Virus record (IMG/VR): IMGVR_UViG_3300010430_000003
Span: 124,001 to 188,000 of that record
DNA length: 64,000 bases
Strand: one strand, 5' to 3'
The translations under genes and the position numbers were made by a program. Positions within the stretch are counted from its first letter, which is position 1, and each line of letters begins with the position of its first letter. The notes under the pieces were generated by a model. It did not search any database. It was given only the letters and a program-made list of their open reading frames with translations, and was not told where the DNA came from. This document shows positions 1-10,449 of this stretch, piece after piece.

Positions 1-176
1 GTTGCAAAGTTGTACATGTTGCAATATTATTTTCAATATGTTGAAATTATCAAAAAATTTGATGGTGGCAGGGATTGTTATTTGGGGTATGCTAATAAAT
101 TAAGTTATAAAGAATCTATCTCTTCTAAAATAATAAACATTGGACGATTAACACAAAAACAACAAAAGGAAAGAAC

Positions 177-530
177 ATGAAATTTCGACACATTTACCTC
201 TCTGATCATAATGAAAACCCAATGCCTGTTGCTACCATCTGTAGTGTTCAACATGAAGGTGCTGTAAGGTTTGCAATGGCAAGGTGCAACACACTAGACC
301 AATTTGCAAAACGAACAGGTCGGAGAATCTCTCAAGGGCGGTTAGAAAAATGTAAGAGTCTTACAGGCTTCGCGTCACCCTTCACAGAAAGACTAGAGTC
401 GCTCTTTAATAATGATTGCGCTCTCTTCACAAAAGAAGAAATCCCAGACCTGTTGAAAGCTCTTAAGAAGGAACTTTCTTTTAGGCACGACAAGACTTAT
501 CGTGAGCTTGCACAGGAAAGGTCAATTTAG
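177..530 (+). CDS. hypothetical phage protein
   Basis: 117-aa ORF with upstream AAGGA; FAKRTGRRISQGR resembles a motif common in small phage proteins. Confidence 0.6.
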   Translation: MKFRHIYLSDHNENPMPVATICSVQHEGAVRFAMARCNTLDQFAKRTGRRISQGRLEKCKSLTGFASPFTERLESLFNNDCALFTKEEIPDLLKALKKELSFRHDKTYRELAQERSI

Positions 531-571
531 AACCACCCTTAATTTATTAATCTAGACAAACTCATAAGTGT

Positions 572-805
572 ATGATGGAAGAAAAAAACAAAAGAGATCT
601 TAAGAGAATTAGAGAAAAAGCTCTTAGAGATAGAGAAGTAGAAAAGGGTGTGCATGATGGGCGTATGTATACCAAAGTCCATAAAGTCAGAAAAGACAAG
701 AACATTAACTATGAAGACGAAATGGATGAGTATTTTTGGGAAGAAGAGGAAATAGAAGAGCCTTCCGACGAAGAAGAAATTGAAGCATCACCTTGGAGAC
801 GATAA
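572..805 (+). CDS. hypothetical protein, basic N-half and acidic C-half
   Basis: 77-aa ORF in the + strand gene chain. Confidence 0.5.
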   Translation: MMEEKNKRDLKRIREKALRDREVEKGVHDGRMYTKVHKVRKDKNINYEDEMDEYFWEEEEIEEPSDEEEIEASPWRR

Positions 806-1008
806 TGGATTCGTATATTAATATATTGATTCATTATCGTTTTTATGGAGACCTCCCAATGATACCTGAATTGCTGTATCAAAACTTTGAAATGGAACAA
901 TATTCATCATCTATGTCTTCCTTTAATGAAAGCGAATATAAAGAAGACAACATATATTATGATTATGATCTTAACGGTTTAACTACATTACTGGAGACCA
1001 ATGCCTAG
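805..1008 (+). CDS. MNIN-family small protein
   Basis: MDSYINILIHYRF N-terminus; overlaps the next gene. Confidence 0.5.
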   Translation: MDSYINILIHYRFYGDLPMIPELLYQNFEMEQYSSSMSSFNESEYKEDNIYYDYDLNGLTTLLETNA

Positions 1009-1582
1009 TCATTCATTTTGGTACACTGATACCAATGTTATTAAGAAAATATATGAGGTTTTTAACTATATTACTATCGATCCAACAACCTCCCCGGAAG
1101 CCAACAAGCGTGTCCGTGCTGAGTTCGTTTACACGATCGATGACTCATGCCTGACGACCCCGAAATGGCTTCCTGACGCCCCTGACGGCGCTGTGACGTG
1201 CTATATGAACCCCCCTTATTCTAAGGACTGTGATGGTACAAAACCCTATGTGGTTAAGCTATTAGAACAGCTAGATAAAGGTGTTGTTAACGCAGCTATC
1301 GTGCTTGTTAATTCATCTACTTCTTCAAGCTGGTTCCAGCTTTTAATGAAAAACAGTGAGCTTGTTTGTTTTCCATCAAAAAGGTTGTGTTTTGATGAAG
1401 ACCTTGATTACGTCAAGAAATATGTTGATCCCGAAGAGCCAGGGCATGGGCTAAAGACTGGCAAAGCTCCGAGATATGATAATGCTGTTTTTCTCTTAAT
1501 AAGTGACAGTTCATACAGTCATTATGCAGAGAACTTTATTGATTCTTTCTCCTCAATGGGTAGTGTATTAAAATTGGTATGA
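1001..1582 (+). CDS. phage DNA N6-adenine methyltransferase (Dam-like)
   Basis: IDP..S..AN N-terminal motif, catalytic NPPY, ST.SSWFQ.L segment typical of phage Dam family. Confidence 0.85.
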   Translation: MPSHSFWYTDTNVIKKIYEVFNYITIDPTTSPEANKRVRAEFVYTIDDSCLTTPKWLPDAPDGAVTCYMNPPYSKDCDGTKPYVVKLLEQLDKGVVNAAIVLVNSSTSSSWFQLLMKNSELVCFPSKRLCFDEDLDYVKKYVDPEEPGHGLKTGKAPRYDNAVFLLISDSSYSHYAENFIDSFSSMGSVLKLV

Positions 1583-1966
1583 ACTCTTCTACTATAAATA
1601 AATGGGTTGTAGAACGGTATGCTTCGTCATACACTTTTTGGCATGGCGCTATAATTGAAACAAACAAATTCACAAGTAGGGGCACTCGCACGAAAATTCG
1701 ATTTATTCAGATAGATGGAGAGTTGCGATATAAAGTTCTGAAGGCGTGGCTATCTTTATACAATCTTGTTGATGATAAATACAGAGATTAATAGATTAAT
1801 AGTAGATAATTTGATTTGTGAATTATCAGGTTCGTGGAAAGTGTATGGATTTTGTAAATATAGTCGATTAACTTACACACAAATATTGGAGATACCATAC
1901 CCATACGTTATTATACATATTGGCAACATGAGAGAACTATATGAAAGACATGCTCATAACCGGTAG
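1579..1966 (+). CDS. two MNIN-family small proteins (1579-1791, ~1772-1966)
   Basis: [14 protein letters not shown] and [15 protein letters not shown]-termini; overlapping starts and stops. Confidence 0.5.
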
Positions 1967-2657
1967 CACCAAAGGTATTGGTTTAGCTACTGCAAAATTG
2001 TTTAATGAACAAGGTTATAAAGTCACTGTGATTGGCAGAGAAATCCAGTCAGTAGATAAAACTGTCTTTGCAAACCCACAACATGTAAAATACATTCAAG
2101 TTAACTTCTTAAAAGAAGACCAAGTAAAAACCTTCATTGATTGGGTATCAAAACAAGATTTTGATGTTATAGTTAATAACGCGGCAATCAATGCAGTATC
2201 TAACGTATCGGATAAGAGCTTTATAGCTGAGTCTGAAGCTATCATGAAAGTTAACTATCAAATACCGTTAAGAATTTTGAATGCTTGTTCATATAAAGAC
2301 GATATGAAGATTGTTAATATATCTTCCATATCCGGGATTTTAGGTTTAGCAGGTAGAACGAACTATTGTGCATCTAAGCACGCGCTCAACGCCTTAACTA
2401 AAACCCTCGCTCTGGAGCATCCAGAGATATGTATAAACTCTGTTTGTCCAGGTGTAATTGAAACTAAGCTTACAAAACAAATCTTGAAAGAAGAGGACAT
2501 TGAAAATATAATAAAACAGATCCCGAAAGGGAGATTAGGTACTCCAAAAGAAGTGGCTAACTTAGTATACTTTCTATGTTCTGATATGAATACATATATA
2601 ACTGGGCAGAATATTATTATTGATGGTGGTTTAACTTCTACTTGGTGGAATCAATGA
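1941..2657 (+). CDS. short-chain dehydrogenase/reductase (FabG-like SDR)
   Basis: [21 protein letters not shown] (YxxxK), PG.I.T and ITGQ.I.IDGG motifs. Confidence 0.93.
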   Translation: MKDMLITGSTKGIGLATAKLFNEQGYKVTVIGREIQSVDKTVFANPQHVKYIQVNFLKEDQVKTFIDWVSKQDFDVIVNNAAINAVSNVSDKSFIAESEAIMKVNYQIPLRILNACSYKDDMKIVNISSISGILGLAGRTNYCASKHALNALTKTLALEHPEICINSVCPGVIETKLTKQILKEEDIENIIKQIPKGRLGTPKEVANLVYFLCSDMNTYITGQNIIIDGGLTSTWWNQ

Positions 2658-3700
2658 ATTTTACTATTGAATATATTTCATCAAATTATCACTCTTATCA
2701 AAACTTAAACATAAGATATGATTATATCTTCTACGATAAAAATTTATCTCGCTCTAGTCTTACTCGAAAAGCAATTCCGATTGACGCTGGAGAAAGTCTT
2801 AAGGCTTGGGAAGGTGTGTCTGACATAATTAATACCTTTCAAAGCCTCGGCATCACTAGACAAGACAGAGTTTTAGTTATTGGTGGTGGAACAATGCAAG
2901 ATGCATTTGGTTTTGTGTGTTCAATTTATAGTCGTGGGGTAGGATGGTCCTACCTCCCCACTACACTAGGCGCTATGTGCGATAGTTGTATTGGTGGTAA
3001 AACCTCTATCAACGTTGGGGGGTCTAAGAACATTGTTGGGACATTTTCAGACCCCGAAAAGATCTATATTGATTTCTCTTGGCTTATGACAGCGAGCAAG
3101 AATTCTATCTTGTCAGGTCTTGGGGAAATGAATCATATTTTTGCAGTTGCGCAGCGATATGATTTAATGATTAAGCTAGAAAAAGAGTATAAGAAAGATA
3201 CTCCCAACTGGTCGCACTTAGTTAGAGCGTGCTTGGAAATCAAGTCTTCTTTCATTGAGGAGGATAAGTTTGATAAAGGGAAGAGACTCCTTCTTAATTA
3301 CGGTCATACTTTTGGCCATGCGTTGGAGTCTGCCGCTTTCACACCCCATGGCATTGCTGTAGCTTGGGGTGCTATGCTTTCTAATAGATTAAGTTATGAA
3401 AGTGGTTTGATGTCAGAAGAATTAACTAATTATTTAAACAACAGGTTTCAATGGATTGTTTCTGAAGCAGAAGCCCAGCAACTTGAGTGGGCAGATGTCC
3501 AAGAGGATTTCTTTGAATCTTTGTTGAAAGATAAAAAGAATAAAAAAGGAGCAAAAGGTAAAACCAAAATTGGTTGCATCTTGATGAAAGAAGGGCAGGC
3601 TGTCCTAGATCATATTTACTTCGAAAACCTCAAAGGGAGAATTAACAATGTTTGTTCCAACTGGGAAGATTCTAACACCACTGACTCGGAAAACGGATAA
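2654..3700 (+). CDS. 3-dehydroquinate synthase-like sugar-phosphate cyclase
   Basis: [35 protein letters not shown] and HG.AVA.G motifs. Confidence 0.88.
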   Translation: MNFTIEYISSNYHSYQNLNIRYDYIFYDKNLSRSSLTRKAIPIDAGESLKAWEGVSDIINTFQSLGITRQDRVLVIGGGTMQDAFGFVCSIYSRGVGWSYLPTTLGAMCDSCIGGKTSINVGGSKNIVGTFSDPEKIYIDFSWLMTASKNSILSGLGEMNHIFAVAQRYDLMIKLEKEYKKDTPNWSHLVRACLEIKSSFIEEDKFDKGKRLLLNYGHTFGHALESAAFTPHGIAVAWGAMLSNRLSYESGLMSEELTNYLNNRFQWIVSEAEAQQLEWADVQEDFFESLLKDKKNKKGAKGKTKIGCILMKEGQAVLDHIYFENLKGRINNVCSNWEDSNTTDSENG

Positions 3701-3965
3701 CCCTGCACCTCCCCCAACACCCCCTGATAAGAATGAATTTTGGAAACAAATCGCAGTCAGTCTTGGATTAAGTGTTGTTTCTACCGCACTCACCCAGATG
3801 ACACAAATTGCTATCTCTGAAATTTATGGTAAGTATCGTGGTAGAGGACAAAGGATGGAAGAGGAACTTCCTCAACCCCCACAGCAATGTAATTGTTCTC
3901 AGTATCAGGAAGATGATACGGAAGAGATGACAAGGGAAGAAATTGACTCAATTATTTCCTCTTAA
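3648..3965 (+). CDS. hypothetical protein with Pro-rich segment and one hydrophobic helix
   Basis: 105-aa ORF preceded by AAGGGAGA. Confidence 0.5.
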   Translation: MFVPTGKILTPLTRKTDNPAPPPTPPDKNEFWKQIAVSLGLSVVSTALTQMTQIAISEIYGKYRGRGQRMEEELPQPPQQCNCSQYQEDDTEEMTREEIDSIISS

Positions 3966-4533
3966 TGTCACCATTGCTTTTAAGTTTCTTATTAATGCTG
4001 TCCCTGAAGTCTACTCTGCCAATAATCAGTTATCAGATTATTGGTTGGATAAGAGAACTTTACTCATGGAATTGGAAGATCGCAAGATAGGATATAATTC
4101 TATTATTAATTTAATAGTTAACGGGCCAAATTCTTTATTAAGACGATTTAATGAATTTAAATGAACTCATTCGTGCTGATTTCTTGTGGGAAGTAGATTA
4201 CTCTATTATTCTTAATAAGGAACTCAAAAAAACAGTCTCGACGTCTGAAGGGTTTGTCTGGTTTTTACGCATATGGCAAACACAAACGTTAAATCACGTT
4301 ACCTTTATTAAGGGGAAGTTATTATCATTAACTTAATAATGGCCGCTGAATACATGTATAGCGTTTCTAATCTTAGAGATAGAGATGAAAACTTTATAAA
4401 GGGAACCTTCTCTTACATAAGAGGAGGAGAACAACAAGAATTGGCTTCTGAATTGACAGATTTGGCCGCTTCTTGGCTGGATTATATCGCAGAAACTGAA
4501 GATTCTAGTTTGTTTTTCTCGGCCTCTCCTTAA
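3943..4533 (+). CDS. three MNIN-family small proteins (3943-4164, 4151-4336, ~4321/4339-4533)
   Basis: LNVTIAFKF, MNLNELIRADF and (I)INLIMAAEY N-terminal motifs. Confidence 0.45.
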
Positions 4534-4543
4534 AAAATTACTG

Positions 4544-4571
4544 TTGTTTTTTTGTCCAAAATAAATATAAT
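4544..4571 (+). promoter_or_regulatory. sigma70-like promoter
   Basis: TTGTTT-N16-TATAAT in the intergenic gap, 6 nt before the ATG at 4578. Confidence 0.55.
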
Positions 4572-4577
4572 TAAATT

Positions 4578-5282
4578 ATGAAGAGTTTTGTTTGTATAAG
4601 CGACACTCACTCAAAGCATAGAGAGTTAGAAATGCCATTTGGCAATGTTCTATTGCATTCTGGTGATATCTCATATGCTCGTAAGGGTGACTTGTTGGAA
4701 GAGAGAAAACAGCTTATTGATTTCTCTGAATGGCTTGGGGAACTTCCCTATGACCATATTGTTGTGATTGCTGGCAATCACGATTTCCTCTTTGAGAAAG
4801 AAGAAGAGGAAGCGGTGGAGATCTTAACGCAACATAATCCCAATGTTCATTATCTAAATCAAACATCAATCACAATTGATGATATTAAGATTTATGGTGA
4901 GCCAAGACAGCCTGAGTTTTATAACTGGGCGTTTAATGTCTCAAGAAACAGTATGAAGCATGTATGGGATATGGTTCCCGATGATGTTGATATTATTGTT
5001 ACTCATGGTCCTCCGCATGGTTATGGAGATGTTGTTGAAAACAACGCAAGCATGGATATCTTTTCAAATCACAATCAATTTGAAAGAGTGGGTTGCAAAC
5101 ATGCTAGGAGACTTATTGATTCAAGAATAGAACACCCTTTAAAGCTTGTAACCTTTGGGCATATTCATGAGGGATATGGTCAGTGGTATAAGCCCCAAGC
5201 AGGAACACACTTGGTAAACGCATCAGTTGTTAATCGTCGTTATAATGTTGTTAATAAACCAGTTGTAATTGAAATTGATTAA
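4578..5282 (+). CDS. calcineurin-like metallophosphoesterase (MPPED-like)
   Basis: SDTH, HSGD, AGNHD, THGPP and FGHIHE motifs. Confidence 0.92.
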   Translation: MKSFVCISDTHSKHRELEMPFGNVLLHSGDISYARKGDLLEERKQLIDFSEWLGELPYDHIVVIAGNHDFLFEKEEEEAVEILTQHNPNVHYLNQTSITIDDIKIYGEPRQPEFYNWAFNVSRNSMKHVWDMVPDDVDIIVTHGPPHGYGDVVENNASMDIFSNHNQFERVGCKHARRLIDSRIEHPLKLVTFGHIHEGYGQWYKPQAGTHLVNASVVNRRYNVVNKPVVIEID

Positions 5283-5484
5283 TCTAATCATAGCTGAAAC
5301 TCTTATTAATAACATTCTCTGGTTTGAGAGGGATTGGCTCGCCTGCGACCATTTCTGGTATTGGGATAGTACTCGCGACAATGATGGTGATGGAGACTAT
5401 TACACTTCTCGGCGCTATTCACCATTGGAAGATTCAATAGACTGTGCAAGACATTGTTTGCATAATGTGGCACTTATTTATTAA
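5269..5484 (+). CDS. MNIN-family small protein
   Basis: MKLINLIIAETL. Confidence 0.55.
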   Translation: MKLINLIIAETLINNILWFERDWLACDHFWYWDSTRDNDGDGDYYTSRRYSPLEDSIDCARHCLHNVALIY

Positions 5485-5490
5485 GAGTGT

Positions 5491-5565
5491 GCTCCTATAG
5501 CTCAAAGCGGTGAGAGCACTTGCCTTATAAGCGAGAGGTTTCGGGTTCGACCCCCGATGGGAGTA
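5491..5565 (+). tRNA. tRNA-Ile (UAU)
   Basis: acceptor GCTCCTA/TGGGAGT, anticodon arm CTTGC-CTTATAA-GCGAG, T-loop GGTTCGACCC; no encoded CCA. Confidence 0.85.
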
Positions 5566-5585
5566 TTGTAAAATTAAGGAATAAT

Positions 5586-5846
5586 ATGAATATTAATTTA
5601 ACAATGGCATGGAAGGTCTTTATAAGCAAGGGGCTTAATTGGAGTTATGTTGATGCTTCAAGCTCTTTGATTTATTATCTTGAACGTAGTGTTGAATATA
5701 AAAAAGATTTTGATCTCTATGTCGGACAACATAATAAATTATTAAAAGACCTTGATGGGTGGAATAGGTCACAGTTTGATCATGCTATGGAATATAGACA
5801 CAACCCGTCTATCTTTAGATTTTGGACATTCAAGGGAGAACAATGA
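5586..5846 (+). CDS. MNIN-family small protein
   Basis: MNINLTMAWKVF starting just after the tRNA; AAGGA upstream. Confidence 0.6.
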   Translation: MNINLTMAWKVFISKGLNWSYVDASSSLIYYLERSVEYKKDFDLYVGQHNKLLKDLDGWNRSQFDHAMEYRHNPSIFRFWTFKGEQ

Positions 5847-6721
5847 AAATCAAAGTAGCGAAGGAACTATTTGTTGGTATTCGCAACAGTGATGCTGTTG
5901 GTTGGGCAGTCGGGTATAACAATACCACTAAGAAGGGAAAGGCGGACCAAGATAAAGTTGAAAGATGGTGTGGCAAAGGGATGACAAAAGTCATTGTCAA
6001 TGAACCAATTGATGGCTTTGAAATTGATAAGAGTGTTTCTCGCTATTCAACCTCCAATAAGGTGTGGAGGATTAAAGATCCTCGCGGCTTTATTCTTGAA
6101 ATCTCAACTTCCAATATGGAAATGTTGTTGAACAACTGTACTATGGAAAATGGAGTAGTTAAAGGGAAGTGTGTTTGGGGTGTCTCAAACAAGATGGCAC
6201 TCCTTCCAGAAAGCCACCCTGAGTTTGACAATATTGTCAACGAACAATCAACAACATCAAAGTTCCTTACACCTAGCAAGCTCAAAAGCGGGATGATTCT
6301 CCGTAAGAATACTGGGGAGAAGATTCAGTATATCGGAAAAGTTTGTTACTATGGAGTAACTGCCACAACTAGAGCAAGCGGCGGAAGAAATAAGTGGGGT
6401 GGCATTGGTTATAATTGGCATATTAAGAGTATTAATAAGAGCCCTGCAATAGTTCACCTATACAAGTTTATTAAAGAAGATTCAAGGCTAGAAACCTATG
6501 GCTTTCAAAAGACTTTGAAAGCACATTTAATTGAGGAAGGCAAAGAGGTAGAGTTTACACAAGAAGAACTTGACAATGCACATAAAACCCGCCGCATATA
6601 TTGCAATGGAAACTTTAGAGAGTATCGTTTCTTTTTGAGGAAAGAAGAAACTGAATTTACTCACGATGATAAAAAGGCATTCACTCCATCGGGTGAAGAA
6701 ATTTATGAGGTTACAAGATGA
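5843..6721 (+). CDS. conserved hypothetical phage protein
   Basis: ~292 aa; TSNKVWRIKDPRGFILEISTSN motif resembles large-phage hypothetical proteins; GGAG RBS. Confidence 0.7.
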   Translation: MKIKVAKELFVGIRNSDAVGWAVGYNNTTKKGKADQDKVERWCGKGMTKVIVNEPIDGFEIDKSVSRYSTSNKVWRIKDPRGFILEISTSNMEMLLNNCTMENGVVKGKCVWGVSNKMALLPESHPEFDNIVNEQSTTSKFLTPSKLKSGMILRKNTGEKIQYIGKVCYYGVTATTRASGGRNKWGGIGYNWHIKSINKSPAIVHLYKFIKEDSRLETYGFQKTLKAHLIEEGKEVEFTQEELDNAHKTRRIYCNGNFREYRFFLRKEETEFTHDDKKAFTPSGEEIYEVTR

Positions 6722-6930
6722 CTGGTCAAGAGATTGCTCATATCATGAGTAAAATGATCTTGTGGAAATATCAGAAAGATATCTTTTATCCACACATGAC
6801 GGGGGTGCAATGCAGCGGGGGCCCCGAGCACCGAATGTCTTTTAATGATAGGGTTAGAATAAACAAGAAGAGTTGGGTTCGTTGGTACCAAGAAGAATTG
6901 GGTTCGTTGGTGGCATAGATTCTCCTTTAT

Positions 6931-7002
6931 GCGCCTATAGCTCAATGGAGAGAGCACGGGATTTCTAATCCCATGATCTAGGTTCGATTCCTAGTAGGCG
7001 TT
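6931..7002 (+). tRNA. tRNA-Arg (UCU)
   Basis: acceptor GCGCCTA/TAGGCGT, anticodon loop TTTCTAA, T-arm CTAGGTTCGATTCCTAG. Confidence 0.85.
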
Positions 7003-7084
7003 TGATTAAACAGTGTTAGAGCTTAATTTAGTACTAATCACTATGATGAATTACAGGTTCGAATCCGGGTATAACGAGGATTGC

Positions 7085-7551
7085 ATGAATACCAATAATC
7101 TCATTAGGAAGTTTATTCTGCTTAGTACTTATTATACGCACCTGCGCCGGCATCGGTCGCCTTGCGTGGGTCTTCCAAGTCGTGAAAACGTTTTCGAGGT
7201 TCAAGCGACTAGAGGGCGGAGTCTTTATCTTTTTATGCAATGGACAAAATACCAAGAAAAACCCTCGGAAAACTCTGGTGATTTAGGTTTCGCAGAAAAT
7301 ATTTGTTTTGCAACCATACAAGACTTCCGGCGGCATCAGAAGTGAATCAAGATATTAATAATGTTGTTTACAAACAGTACTTGATAAGCGGATATTTATT
7401 TTGTAATGCTAAATTTTATGGAACTCTGTACAAATATCTTTCTCCATTAGATAGAGTTTCTTGGTTAACCCTTGATGAGTGGGCACATGAGGTAAAATTA
7501 TCAAGGATTATTAAAAACATGCCTGTATGGAAGAATGGTAAATATGTCTAA
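7085..7551 (+). CDS. two MNIN-family small proteins (7085-7345, 7342-7551)
   Basis: MNTNNLIRKFIL and (V)NQDINNVVYKQY; GTGA overlap. Confidence 0.5.
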
Positions 7552-7950
7552 TCAACGGAGGTACCTATTACCAGCTTAAGGCTGGCTAACAAGAATACTA
7601 ATAATAAATGGAATGTATGTGCAGTTTGTTTTGCGGGCTCAAGAGTTCTTGCTTTTGGCTTTAATAAACCCAAAACTGAAGCATCCATTCTTTATCATGC
7701 AGAAAACATTAATTCAATGTATGAGAGTTCCAAAACAGATTATGTTTCTCATTGTCGCCATGCCGAAGTTGATGCTATCAAAAAGGTAAGTGATGTAACA
7801 AAGATAGAGTGCATTGTTATTGTTCGTAAGACTAAAGATGGCACTCCGTCAATGGCAAGACCATGTAACATTTGTCAACAGGTGATAGAAGAAGCGGGAA
7901 TAGACAATGTTTATTACTCGGATGAGGAAGGTAAGTTAAGGAGGTTTTAA
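7544..7950 (+). CDS. CMP/dCMP-type zinc deaminase, apparent frameshift near the 5' end
   Basis: HAEVDAI and ARPCNIC motifs; in-frame upstream CAVCFAGSRVLAFGFN; ATG at 7544 is out of frame by one base at ~7575. Confidence 0.75.
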
Positions 7951-8153
7951 TGAATCTATTAATTTCTAGGAAAATTCTTGATGCTTATGGTAGAGAATAT
8001 ATATTCTTTGGAGATGATGATTTTACTCCCATGTCTGCCTCTGATAGATGGTTAAAAGCAACTCTTAGAATGAGATGGAAATATTGGTCTTCGACTCGTT
8101 GCTCAAGAACTCTTAAAGCTGAATTTAGTTATTTAACCTTCAAAATTAATTAA
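7950..8153 (+). CDS. MNIN-family small protein
   Basis: MNLLISRKIL; TAATG overlap. Confidence 0.5.
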   Translation: MNLLISRKILDAYGREYIFFGDDDFTPMSASDRWLKATLRMRWKYWSSTRCSRTLKAEFSYLTFKIN

Positions 8154-8251
8154 TAATAGGAAGAAAACGACTTGCAACCCCGTTATATAGGGTGACAATT
8201 CGCCGGTGTCAAGTGGGGCACCACCACATTACCATCATTGGAGATCAGAAA

Positions 8252-9736
8252 ATGCCAGTGTGGAGCAAAGAACAAGAAGAAATCTTTTCGTTTTTCGAAA
8301 CGATTCACGAGCAATCCCAAGACCTCGTTATCGAGGCATATGCAGGGTGTGCTAAAACAACAACAGCCATTCAGGCCATTAAGCACTACCATGCAAAGTA
8401 TCCCAAAAAACGAATACTCATGGCTGCATTCAATAAGAAGAATGCAGATGAGCTTACTGAAAAAATCAATGCTCTTGGCATTGAATGGAAACAGGCTCAT
8501 GCAAAGACACTGAATAGTGTTGGGCTTGCCTGTCACCGAAAGAACAGCAAGGGCAAAATTAATGTCGAGCCCCGAAAGGGTCGAATAATTGCAAAAGCCC
8601 TTGCTGATGCATACAATGGCACACGGGGCGAAGACGATCAAATTTCCGGTCTTGCTGGGAAGGTTCGTCGTCTTGTTGAATTGGCTAAGGCCACTTTAAC
8701 TTGGTCTAACAACGACTATGAAATGCGCTCTTTGTGTTGGGAACACATGATTAGTTGTGATGTGGATGAGGTTAATGTAGTTATTGATCTTGCCCGGAAA
8801 GCTATGGATGAATCAACATATGATCCCTTCAATGTTGACTTCACTGATATGATTTGGTTCCCATACCGATTCAAGCAGTGGCCTTGGCAATATGACTTGG
8901 TCATTATTGATGAGGCACAGGACCAGAACGCCGCAATGCTTTCTCTTGCTCAAAAGAGCAAAAAGCGAAACGGCAAACTTGTCATCATTGGAGATAGGCA
9001 CCAAGCAATTTATGGTTGGCGCGGTGCTGATTCTGAATTCATGCAACGAGCAACTGAGGAAATGGGAGCTAAGGTTCTCACGCTCTCCCAGACCTTTCGG
9101 TGTGGCAAGGCAATTGTTGCTGAAGTCGCAGAAGAGCATAAATTGGTTCCCGGCTTTACTGCTCACAAGGATAACTGTGAGGGGCTTGTTCGCCATGAAC
9201 GAATAGATACAATGATTGAGGAAGCTGTAGCAGGAGATTTCATTATCTCTCGCAAGAATGCTGACCTTATGCAACTCTGCATTGAGTTTCTTAAGGATGG
9301 TCGGGCAGCTACTATTCAAGGTCGCGATATCATGGGAGCCCTTATCGGAATTATCAATGATTCCGAAGCTGTTACCACTCCTGAGTTCCTGTCATGGTTG
9401 GAAGATTATAGGGTAGTTGAGGCACAAAAGCTGGAACTTCTTGATGCGGAGGAAAAACAAATCGATGCACATTATGATCGATGCGAATGTCTCCGCGTTC
9501 TCTCTGTTGAATGTGATACAACGCAGTGCTTGATTGATAAGCTTGAAGAGCTTTTCAGTGATGATGATGATGAGAACAAAATTGTTCTTACCACTGCTCA
9601 TCGCTCGAAAGGTTTGGAGCGAGATAGGGTGTGGTTGCTTATTGATTCTTTCCGCGCTGATCGTGGAGGACAAGAGGCAAACTGTCTCTATGTGGCAATT
9701 ACTCGTGCAAAGGAAGAGGTGGTTTATGTCGGTTAA
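8252..9736 (+). CDS. UvrD/Rep-like superfamily 1 helicase
   Basis: Q motif SKEQ, AYAGCAKTT, IIDEAQD, GDRHQAIYGWRGA, TFRC, TAHRSKGLE and YVAITRAK. Confidence 0.93.
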   Translation: MPVWSKEQEEIFSFFETIHEQSQDLVIEAYAGCAKTTTAIQAIKHYHAKYPKKRILMAAFNKKNADELTEKINALGIEWKQAHAKTLNSVGLACHRKNSKGKINVEPRKGRIIAKALADAYNGTRGEDDQISGLAGKVRRLVELAKATLTWSNNDYEMRSLCWEHMISCDVDEVNVVIDLARKAMDESTYDPFNVDFTDMIWFPYRFKQWPWQYDLVIIDEAQDQNAAMLSLAQKSKKRNGKLVIIGDRHQAIYGWRGADSEFMQRATEEMGAKVLTLSQTFRCGKAIVAEVAEEHKLVPGFTAHKDNCEGLVRHERIDTMIEEAVAGDFIISRKNADLMQLCIEFLKDGRAATIQGRDIMGALIGIINDSEAVTTPEFLSWLEDYRVVEAQKLELLDAEEKQIDAHYDRCECLRVLSVECDTTQCLIDKLEELFSDDDDENKIVLTTAHRSKGLERDRVWLLIDSFRADRGGQEANCLYVAITRAKEEVVYVG

Positions 9737-9808
9737 CATAAACCTCAAAGGCTTTCTCAAGAAAGTTAAGTCTCGGCAGGTAAGACACGAAATCAAACGC
9801 GCTATTAG

Positions 9809-10159
9809 GTGGAATCCTTAGTAAGTATGAGTCTTAAAAGCGCAATATGGAGAGTCATTAGAAAACGCATGCATATAAATAGGAAACATTCATTACCCAA
9901 CTTGATACAATCATATAAATTTTTAATAAAGGGGGGAAGACTAGGAAACGTTGGGGGAGAGATTCATATTTTTAATGGCTTGGAAGATATCAACCGCCGA
10001 ATTGCTTGCAGGTTTCTCTCAAGAGTGTTGTTCTCTGTTAAAGAACCTGATGGATCTTGCTATTCTAGTTTTCATCAAGAATATGGTCTTTGGGAAAGTG
10101 GGTCCGTACACTCTCTTTATCTAATGAAGAAAGTCTATCTTGCGCAATCAAATAACTGA
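9809..10159 (+). CDS. hypothetical protein
   Basis: 116-aa ORF in the operon; contains an internal DINRRIACRF resembling the MNIN motif. Confidence 0.4.
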   Translation: MESLVSMSLKSAIWRVIRKRMHINRKHSLPNLIQSYKFLIKGGRLGNVGGEIHIFNGLEDINRRIACRFLSRVLFSVKEPDGSCYSSFHQEYGLWESGSVHSLYLMKKVYLAQSNN

Positions 10160-10165
10160 TAAACA

Positions 10166-10238
10166 GGATCTCTAGCTTAAGTGGTAGAGCTACTGGCTCA
10201 TAACCGGTAAGGTCTCGGTTCAAACCCGAGGAGATCCA
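10166..10238 (+). tRNA. tRNA with CAU anticodon (elongator Met or Ile2)
   Basis: acceptor GGATCTC/GAGATCC, ACTGG-CTCATAA-CCGGT, T-arm CTCGGTTCAAACCCGAG. Confidence 0.88.
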
Positions 10239-10257
10239 TAGGAAATAAGAGAATAGT

Positions 10258-10449
10258 ATGAACATTAATCAAATGGTAATGTCAGTTTTTATATATGATT
10301 TTGAAGGGGATCAATTTGATTCTCCTCTTTTTAGGGTTAAATTTATCTATCTTCGTCATCCTCAACACGGCAATGAAAGTATAACTAAATATTTATGGGA
10401 CATAGAGGACGCTTTGCGATGCTTAAAAAGAGTGAGAGACGCCCAATGA
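10258..10449 (+). CDS. MNIN-family small protein
   Basis: MNINQMVMSVF. Confidence 0.6.
   Translation: MNINQMVMSVFIYDFEGDQFDSPLFRVKFIYLRHPQHGNESITKYLWDIEDALRCLKRVRDAQ

Noticed and set aside
6931-7002. Amber suppressor (CUA) reading of the anticodon loop TTTCTAA
   Set aside because: The standard 7-nt loop register puts TCT at positions 34-36, i.e. Arg.
7011-7075. Additional tRNA around GGTTCGAATCC
   Set aside because: T-loop motif only; no acceptor or anticodon stems could be formed, so at most a decayed remnant.
8183-9796. Several antisense or alternate-frame ORFs over the helicase
   Set aside because: Fully overlap a well-supported UvrD gene and carry no motifs.
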